A stretch of 64,000 bases of DNA from Octopus sinensis. Taxonomy: Eukaryota. The stretch lies in contig NC_043018.1 of NCBI RefSeq assembly GCF_006345805.1, positions 4,464,001-4,528,000 on the forward strand, given 5' to 3'. Made by a program: the position numbers and the translations under genes. Of the stretch, positions 54,380-64,000 are shown one piece after another. Every line of letters begins with the position of its first letter. The first letter of the stretch is position 1. The notes under the pieces were generated by a model that saw only the letters and a list, made by a program, of their open reading frames with translations, ran no database searches and had not been told where the DNA came from.

Positions 54380-54565
54380 GGTCTGGGAAGCCAGGAGCTG
54401 TACCAGGCTCCAGTCTGATCTGGCAATGTTTCTACAGCTGGCATTAGGAAGGGCATCCAGCTGTAGAAACACTGCCAGATCAGACTGGAACCTGGTACAG
54501 CCCCTGGCTTCCCAGACTCTGGTCGAAACGTCCAACCCGTGCTAGCACGGAAAACGGACGTTATA

Positions 54566-54661
54566 CGATGATGATGATGATGTATGTATGTATATATATA
54601 TATATGTATGTATATATGTATGTATGTATGTATGTATATATATGTATACATACATACATTT

Positions 54662-54715
<54 letters not shown>

Positions 54716-54817
54716 ACATATATACATATATATACATACATACATATATATACATACATACATATATATACATACATACATATATATACATACATACATA
54801 TATATACATACATACAT

Positions 54818-54878
<61 letters not shown>

Positions 54879-55033
54879 TATACATACTTACATATATATA
54901 TATACATACTTACATATATATATATACATACTTACATATATATATATACATATATACATATATATACATACATATATATATATATGCATACATACACATA
55001 TATATATGCATACATATATATATATATATACAC

Positions 55034-55072
<39 letters not shown>

Positions 55073-55080
55073 TGTATACA
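54566..55080. repeat. Compound (GAT)n-(TATG)n-(TA/TACA)n microsatellite
   Basis: Direct reading. Confidence 0.95.
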
Positions 55081-55848
55081 CTCACATACAAGCATGTACA
55101 TATGAGTAGACTGATATACAAAAGATGGTGTGATCATGATTAAAATGCCTTTCTTTGATCATAGGTTTGTTCAGTGATGTCTGACCTGTGGCTAAAGAGC
55201 CACAACAGCATTCACGTGGCATTGTAACACTGAAATAGAATTGCTAAAACGAAGAGAATAGATCTTCTTTGTAGCAAATCAGAACGATGATGATGATGAT
55301 GATGATGATGCAATCATTGATGATGACAACAACCATGAGTGGGAGGAGGAGGAGGAGAGCATCAGTGTTACATTGCTATGCCGTAAGAGAATTGCGTTAG
55401 CTGAAGCGATAGTATTTTGACAAGTGAACAACAAGCCAGACACAACGGCTGCAAGAAGATCACATCACATGACAACAGTACACATCTATTAGCTCTCTCA
55501 ATAATGGTTTCAAATTTTGGCACAAGGCCAGCAATTTGGTGGTGGGGAGATATAAGTTGATTATTTCACTAGCAGGGATCAACTGGTTGGTTACATATGT
55601 TATCGACCCTGAAGGGATTAAAGGCAAAATGCCTTAATAATAATAATAATCCTTTCTACCATAGGCATAAGGTCTGAAATTTTGCTGGAGAGGACTAGTC
55701 AATTACATCGACCCTAGTGTATCACTGGTACTTAATTTACTGACCCTGAAAGGATGAAAGGTAAAGTTGACCTCAGTGTAATTTGAACTCGAAACAGCAA
55801 CAGGCAAAATACCGCTAATCTTTTCATCCAGTGTGCTTGCTCACTGCC

Positions 55849-55849
<1 letters not shown>

Positions 55850-55900
<51 letters not shown>

Positions 55901-55947
55901 TGATAATAATAATGATAATAATAATAACGATAATAATAATAATAATA

Positions 55948-55997
<50 letters not shown>

Positions 55998-56017
55998 GAT
56001 GATGATGATGATGATGA
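55850..56017. repeat. (AAT)n-(GAT)n compound microsatellite between SINE copies
   Basis: Direct reading; a similar (GAT/GAC)n run at 39813-39930. Confidence 0.95.
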
Positions 56018-57649
56018 TTTCAAATTTTGGCACAAAGCTATAAATCTTTGGGAGACGGGAAGTTCATTCTGCCAACCCCAGTGCTCAACTGGTACTCATT
56101 TTATTGATTCTGAAAGAGTGAAAGGCAAAGCTGATCATGGAAAGATTTTAACCTTAAGCACCAGAAGAAATTCTACTAAGCATCAGTTTGTCTGACAAGC
56201 TAACAATCCTGCCAATTCACCACTCTTTTGGCAATAATAATGGTTTTTCGATTTAGGCACAAGAGGCGCAGTTCTGAAGTGAAGGTTAGTCACCATCTGT
56301 CACCATCTGTCACCACCTTGAAAGGATGAAAGGCCAATTACAACCCAGGAGGGATTTAAAGAAATACTGCAAAGCATTTTTGTCCAATGCTCCAACTCAC
56401 TGCTGTTACTTATTTATAATAATCCTTTTAGTTATAAACCCAAAGCCTGAAATTTGGGGGTTGGGTGGGGTGGGGGAGACTTATCTTCTCAACCCCAAAA
56501 GGATGAAAAGCAAAGTTGACCACGGTGGAATTTGAACTCAGAACATAAAGTTACATAGTAGTAGTAATACTAATGGCAGTTTCTGTAACCAATGTGATTT
56601 TTACAAAGGGAGACATCTAGTCTTCTGCCCAACATCTAATCCTGGAGGACTGAGCTTTTATCATGACCTGTCCTCAATTCCAAGCCCAGAGAACTAATGG
56701 ATCTGAACGGCAGAAAACAGAGCTGGTTGGAGAGGCTGTGCTGTTGCAACCTTATGTACCTCATAGTACAGACAGAACTTACTAGCTCATACTACTACTT
56801 CTACTTCTATTACTACTACTACTACTACTAATAATAATAATAATAATAATAATAAAATAATAATAATAATAATAATAATAATAATTCCTAATTCTTTCCA
56901 CTATAGGCACATGGCCTGAAATCTGAGGATGGGGACTGGTTGATTACACTGATCCCAATGCTCAACTTGTACTTTATTTTATCAACCACAAAAGGGTAAA
57001 AGGAAGAGTTGACCTCTGCAGCATTTGAACTCAAAACATAAAGAACTGGAAAAACTGCCACTGAGCCTTTTGTACAACACCTTAATGATTCTGCCAGCTT
57101 GCTACTGTTACATCAGGATAATGACAATAATAATAACAACAACTGTAATAGTAAGTTATTTGAATTGATTAGGAAAATGGAAATAGTCTAACCATGACAA
57201 CAGGCATAAACAATGATTGTGTCAGAGGAAAATGAAATAAAGCCATGATCAATAATAACAACAACAATGCACACAAATGTCACTCTGTATCAGGATGAAG
57301 TTGACAGAATTGAGAAGGTTGTAGGGAGTGGGAAGAGGAGATAATGCTCAAATGTCTGATCACATCAGAAAAATCTCCAGTTTACACAATATATGCATAC
57401 AGACAGACAGACAGACAGACATAAATGCATATAGATGTACATACATGTATACACATGTATACACACACAAACCTAAATGCAGGTAGTATATGTATATATA
57501 TATATATATATATATTATGTAGTTGATGTAGAGTATGTGGATTTATATAATCCAGTGGTAATCACAGAAAAGCTCCTTCAGTAGACCCAGTTACATGTAT
57601 GTCGATTTATATATATCAATCTATGTATGTGTATGTGAGTGTATGTTCC

Positions 57650-57880
57650 TTCATTTCAGCCATCGTAAAAATTGACGAACAGATATACAATGATCTGAAG
57701 AGCTGGCCTTGTATATCTGCATTGCAAAGAAAGACACATCACATGGCAGTATAGACCCCTCAATGCCACCAGTCGGCAGACTGATGCCTGAGGGTTGCAT
57801 CAAGTGGCTTCTAGTGGCAGAAGCCTGAACAGGCTTGTCTGACAAAGAATGTTTCCGGTCACTTTTGTGTACCTCCTCAT
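57650..57880 (-). mobile_element. Mariner-like terminal fragment
   Basis: TA-TGAGGAGGTACACAAAAGTGACCGGAAA resembles mariner TIRs; a shared segment recurs at ~58427-58457. Confidence 0.45.
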
Positions 57881-58055
57881 ATATATATATATGCACACAC
57901 ACACACACACACATACACACATATATAGTGTATATGTGTGTGTGTGTGAGTGTGTATCTATGTGAATTTATATGTGTGTGTGTGGGGGGGGTTGTATTAG
58001 TTCTTGCATACATACATCTGTATACTTATTAATATGTATATATATATATGAATAC

Positions 58056-58149
<94 letters not shown>

Positions 58150-58966
58150 ACTTATTTATATATATATATGCATATATGTTGTTTTAACTTTGACCTTATT
58201 TTTATTTTTCTTGATATTACTCTCCATATTTCACCAACACAATGTTTATAAACCTCTCTCTCTCTCTCTCTCTCTCATTCCTTTAAACTTCTACTTTCTT
58301 TTCTCTTTCTATTATTACTGCTAGGTTATTAACAATAATCTACCTGACTCACTCTCATACATCATTATTTTCTTTTGTATGTGTATATCTGAGTTAAAAA
58401 ATTGATGTAACCATGATATTCTGTTGATCTGAAGAGCTAGCCTTGTATATCTGCATTGGTTTGCAATTTATAGCATACAACCTAGTGCAGACATGTAAAA
58501 TAATTTATCATGCACTAAAATAAATTACTTTTGCATGATGTTGGCTTTGAAATAGCTCTCATATATATGTAAGTATACACATACATGTATGTATATATGC
58601 ATATATATATATATACTCTTTTACTTTTACACACATATGTAAACAGATATGATATACACATATATTCAAATAAATATGTATGCATTGAATATATATGCGC
58701 TGTAAAACATGACATGTAACCAAAGGTGAGGACTCAGTAGTATGCCCTTCATTGTACTTCTCTATCCAGTGAGGTTAGACAAGGGCATCAAATCATGGGA
58801 AAGTCTTGTGTGTGAATAAAAGTCATGTAGTGAGATTAATAAAATACACAATGCATATTTGGTATTTTATGCTTTATAAAGCATTCACATTTGAACTCAG
58901 AACATAAAAACAGATGAAATGCAGCATTTTGCCCAGCATTCTAACGATTCTGCTAGCTTGCCACCT

Positions 58967-59008
<42 letters not shown>

Positions 59009-61092
59009 CACGCACACACACACATACATACATACACACAACATATATATGTATATATTGATATTAGTGCAAGCAAAGTAATATAACTAAAATACAACAA
59101 GGCACCTTGTACCCTGCTCTACCAATTCTAGCAGTCAGTCACTGTGTATTATTACAGTACAAAGACCTTGAAATGACCTTCAGCTCTTGTTGTCTTTGTA
59201 AGAGCAAAATTTCCTTTGCTTTCTCTCCTTCTCCATCTTCTCTTAACTTAAAGCCAAAATTCCCTGGTAAAATAATTCACCTGCTATTTCTAAAGAGGAA
59301 ATCTACAAATGTAACAATCCCATGTTCAACCTAATTTGGGTCACATTCAGTTTTAATCTGGTCAAGGTTAGAACGTTTCTAATCATAGATCTGCTCAATC
59401 AGGCCTTGGTTGGGGGTTAAGAGATGACATGCAGGGTTCTAACCACACCAAAGCTGAATGTGCCCCAACCAGGTTGATTGGTTGGTTGCAAAACCTGTAT
59501 GTTTCCCCTTTAATCCATTATATAGTTTGGCCACTATCTGTTGAGGTTTTGATTTTTTTGCTCTTTTCATCTTTTTATCTTTCTTAGTCAGGAGGAAAAG
59601 TAGTGCCCAAGACTCACTGCCAGGCCTCTGATACTGGTGAGAGGGAGCGAGGGAAACAGGGAAGTCCCCTCAAATTGAAAACCTGGCACAAATGCTTACA
59701 ACAGAGTGTTGAAGATATGCAAGGGTCAGGTCATTGTGTTAAGCCAGATGACAGATCATGCTTACCACCCATGTATGTGACAGTGAGATTTGAACTCAAA
59801 ATGCAAGGCATCAGGTTTGATGTTCCTACAATTGCATTAATCCACAGAATTTTATTGGGACTTTTTACTCAACTCTGAAATTATTCTGACAGAGAGAGAA
59901 AGAGAGATAAACACACATATGTAAACAGATACACACATATATTCAAATAAATAAATTCAGCAGAATCTGAACTCAAAACATAGAATCAGAACAAATTCTG
60001 TGAAAATGCAGGGAGTTGGAACAAAGGCGACAACAGTGGCCTGGCTGGTGCACAGCATCCTAGAGGTTATAATTCCAATAGCATTTCAGATTACGCTTAA
60101 CCTGGGGATTAGCTTAGCTGGGAGTGGGTTCATTCCAGCTGACACTCTTTTTATGGGGATGGGCATTTTTGGGTCTGATTTATATGTTGTATTGGGGGTG
60201 GGGCTGAAGGGAGAGCAAACTTAAGGGCAGTATGCATGCTAGCTACACAACTGAACCTGGGAGAAATTTTAGAATTTCAAGAATAAACTTAGGGATGCCA
60301 TTGGGGAATCATTTTTGAGCTGCAAAATTCTTTATTAATATTTGCATAGTTTGAAGGCAGAACCTTCAGCATGCCAAGCAAAATGCTTAGTAGTATTTTG
60401 TCCCTCTTTATGTTCTGAGTTCAAATTCTGCCAAGGTCGATTTTGGCTTTCGTCTTCTCAAGGTTGATAAAATAAGTATCAGCTAAGCACTGGGGTTAAT
60501 GTAATCGACTTACCCCAACTCCTGAATTTGCTGGCCTTGTGCCAAAATTTGAAACTTATATTTGCATTGTTTGTGAGATATTTATATTTCTTAATGTTTG
60601 CTATGGAAACCATGCCAAAGTAGACATTGGAGCACAATGCTAGCAAGAAGGAAGTCATTAAGTCACTGAAAAGGTCACAAACAGCAATGAAAGAACTTTG
60701 ACTAACATATATACATATATATATATATGCATACACATATAGTATGTATGCAAGTGGCCAAGTTCCTTTCGAGTGTTGGGCCTCGCAGAGGCAATGACCA
60801 AGACCCTTGGCATTATGTCTTGCTTGAGAAGACCCATCAAGCCAAGAACAATCGCAGTCATGGCAGATGCCTGTGTCACGAAAATTGCACCCATGTCGGT
60901 GGCATGTAAAGGCACCCATTACACTCTTGGAGTGGTTGGCGTTAGGAAGGGCATCCAGCTTTAGAAAACCATGCTAAATCAGATTGGAACCTGGCACAGC
61001 CTTCCAGCTTGCCAGCCCTGTCAAACCATCCTACCCATGCCACCATGGACAACGGACATTAAATGATGATGATTATCATCATCATCATCATC

Positions 61093-61123
<31 letters not shown>

Positions 61124-61344
61124 CATCATTGTTTAATGTTCACTTCCCATGCTGGCATGGGTTGGACGGTTCAACCAGAGTCTGGGAAACCAGGAGGCTG
61201 CACCAGGCTCCAGTCTGATCTGGCAATGTTTCTACGTCTGGATGCCCTTTCTAATGCCAACCACTCCATGAGTGTAGTGGGTGCTTTTTACGTGCCACTG
61301 GCACAGGGGCCAGAGGGGCAAACAGCCACGATCGGTTGGTGCTT

Positions 61345-61380
<36 letters not shown>

Positions 61381-61416
61381 ACAGGGGAGGTAACCACTCT
61401 ATGACTATCTCCAGAA

Positions 61417-61466
61417 TCACTAGACTAGACTAGTTTTGCCTATTTTGTAGGCATCATCAGTTGTGA
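61417..61466 (-). ncRNA. Degenerate hammerhead (G12A)
   Basis: CTGATGA-TGCCTA-caaaa-TAGGC-AAAAC-TA-GTC. GAAAC appears as AAAAC (consistent with CpG decay); palindrome ACTAGT. Confidence 0.5.
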
Positions 61467-61827
61467 CTAATCAAGTGGCTGAGGGTTTGGTTTGGCTAAT
61501 TCCATCTGCCACTGTATATATTTTTACCATAAAAATTTATGGCTGATTTAGCAAAATGCTAAAGCATACCCTCAAAATTAATATAAACTGCTAGGCGCAA
61601 TGTAATACCATAAAGGAAAAATTTAATCAGCAGAAACACACACACAGCGAACTTGTTTCAGTTTCCATCCACTCACAATTGAGGAAGACAACTGCTCAAG
61701 ATGCCATAAAAGATGAGACTAAATCCAAAAGCCTGTGGTTGGGGAGCAAACGTCTTTCACACAGCCCGGCCAGAACAAACAGGTACACGTGTGTAAAAGC
61801 TTCTTCTCAATTTCCATCTCCAAAATC

Positions 61828-61875
<48 letters not shown>

Positions 61876-62099
61876 ATGCATTAAAAAGAAATATATATAT
61901 ACATATATATAGATAAGCAGAGTTAGCAGTTATAATAACCAACTAAGGGATAAAATATCCATATATACTATCAGTATCAGTTACCCATGTTATCTCTGGG
62001 CATGGGTATGCAGGCAAACTATGCTCATAGGGTACAGGTAACAACAGAATAAACAAAAGTTTAACAGGAATCAAATATAAATAATAAGAAAATGGAGAA

Positions 62100-62456
62100 A
62101 ACATTTATGTGACATTACAATTATTTTGGCCATTTCCGCATCCGATTGTATTAAAATCATACAATCTTCCATTAGAGGGCTTTGAAGTCAGTAGGCAAAA
62201 AAGCCTACTGACTTTGAGGCCCTATGATGGAAGATAGTATGATTTTAATATATTAGGTCTCCGAACTTCTTTAGGCCATATTTTCTTTCCTATTCCCTCT
62301 TCCTTTTGTTTATTTTTGGACACTCAGATGAAGAGCCCTTTTCTAGTTCGAATATCCTATGGAGATGGAGAATATTATTTTTGCAATTCTTTCATGGGCA
62401 CTGACTGACATCAGAAGCAGAAACAGCCGTAAGAATTGTTATGTCACATAAATGTT
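62100..62456. repeat. Nested inverted repeats (inner hairpin 62149-62250; outer arms 62100-62146 and 62410-62456)
   Basis: Inner ~48-bp stem closed by an A6 loop; outer right arm contains GAAACAGCCGTAAG, a hammerhead 3' half. Confidence 0.85.
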
Positions 62457-62671
62457 ATGTCATGTTTTGTATTAAATAATAAGTTACAGATGTGGTCCAA
62501 TTGATTTGCTTGTTGATCTGAAGTTTTCTCTATTTTCTGATAATTTATGCACACACACACACACACAACACACACACACACGTATACAAGTGCATGTTTG
62601 TACACATACATACACATGTGAATGTATGTATGTATGTATATGGTATGTGTCCATATACATATATAAATATG

Positions 62672-62773
<102 letters not shown>

Positions 62774-63260
62774 TACATATATACAACAAGAAATACATTT
62801 TGCCTCTTTTTATGGAGACAAAAGGGTTTATAAGACTGCAAAAAAGAAATGCTCAAATGAAATTGAGACAGATCAAAAAAAAAAACATTGATTAGAGAAC
62901 AAACATCAAATTAAAGTCAATGACTTCATCCATAACACCAGATGCTTCCATACATTTGATCATCTATGAATACAGTTTATATTATAGATTACCATGGCCT
63001 TTAACATACAAAAAGAATACATATATAAAAAACACAGAAGGTAAAAAATATAAATGCAAATAAAAATGCAAATACATAGAACAGCCTACCAAGAAGGTAT
63101 ATATAATATATGGTATATATACCAAGAAGGTGTATATAATCAACTAAAAGGTTTAAAGCATGTCATGCGACTAAAAACTTAAATAAAATATCAGTCGACT
63201 AAAAAAATTTTATGTTACTCCCCTCAGTTAAAAATATGTCAGAAAAGTTCATTTCAAAAA

Positions 63261-63620
63261 ACCATGGAAGGTTGGAGTCCAGAAGCGTAAGAGAATTCCC
63301 TTACACTCCTGGACTCCAACCTACCTTGGTATAGGAAACATATATATACAGGAAACTTATATATACACCATTCTGCTTAAATAATAGAACTGCAAATACA
63401 ATATCCTTATGTATCTCACGTCTGTTTTCATTCCTCCACTTCACTCTCTGTTTCATATCTTCTCTATAATAACTATTACTTAAACATTTTCTTGCACAGT
63501 CTCTGATGAAGGGATATATAAAATATCCCGGAAACAGCTGTAAGACCTTCTCTTTATAAATGGTCTGAAAACTATTCACAGCCTTGGAGTTTTTATCTCA
63601 TTCTGTTAATTTATATATAC
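63261..63620 (+). mobile_element. Probable Penelope-like element 3'/pseudo-LTR fragment
   Basis: 5' hairpin 63261-63330, intact hammerhead, AT-repeat end; homologous to 10275-10560. Confidence 0.6.
63499..63546 (+). ncRNA. Minimal type I hammerhead ribozyme, intact core
   Basis: GTCT-CTGATGA-A-GGGATAT-ataaa-ATATCCC-G-GAAAC-AGCT-GTA^AGAC. Stem I GTCT/AGAC, 7-bp stem II, palindrome ACAGCTGT, predicted cleavage after 63542. Confidence 0.85.
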
Positions 63621-64000
63621 ATATAGTAAACAGATGAAGTCCAGATATTTTTTATATAAAAGACACTTAGTAGCACTCAAATGCTTCCAACTTAGACTCC
63701 AATGTCTTTGCAGGGGATCAATTCCACAGGGTAAAGAATGAGTAGAAGAGGGATCCAGATGTCTTCACTTTTTGCTTTCTCTCATTTTGCATGTATCCAT
63801 ATATATTTTGCATTTTATACACAAACTGTTAAATTCAATATATCTAACTTGTTTATCCACATATCTTGCACTCCTTCGGTTAAGATGACAAGTGTTCCAG
63901 CTGATCTGATCAATGGAACAGCCTGCTCGTGAAATGTGCAAGTGGCTGAGCACTCCACAGTCTGGTTTGGTTTCTACAGCTGGATGCCTTTCCTAATGCC

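Noticed and set aside
54286-56195. Long YI/HT, poly-I, poly-N and poly-D ORFs (also 45.6-46.1 kb and 39.7-40.0 kb)
   Set aside because: Microsatellite translation artefacts.
59150-59265. Coding-looking minus-strand stretch (KLREDGEGEKAKEILLLQRQQELK); similar short plus-strand stretches at ~51935 and ~53283
   Set aside because: No recognisable family and no convincing splice-site pair; could be chance.

Overview
AT-rich eukaryotic genomic DNA saturated with microsatellites and retroposons. The repeat families and (TA)n/(CA)n/(AAT)n/(GAT)n density suggest a cephalopod (Octopus-like); this is an inference. The only host gene I can support is the 5' end of a VPS13-family gene on the minus strand. 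It has a CpG-rich putative promoter/non-coding first exon at ~47.8-48.2 kb, a ~22 kb first intron, and the first coding exon (Chorein_N start, MFEGIIANFINSFFGKYIKDLDSTKLNFVIHQ-G) at 25799-25930. I found no further coding exon, so the next one probably lies left of the window. The rest is decayed mobile DNA: tRNA-derived SINEs, RTE and R4/Dong LINE fragments, hAT and mariner relics, and MITEs with intact TSDs. The most interesting signal is about ten minimal hammerhead-ribozyme motifs from several probable Penelope-like families. Most have palindromic stem III/loop 3 (ACAGCTGT, ACTCGAGT, AACGTT, ACTAGT) and several sit next to hairpins or inverted duplications. There are also several long intronic foldbacks. 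Nearly all ORFs in the supplied track are microsatellite or SINE artefacts. Coordinates were counted by eye; repeat boundaries are approximate.
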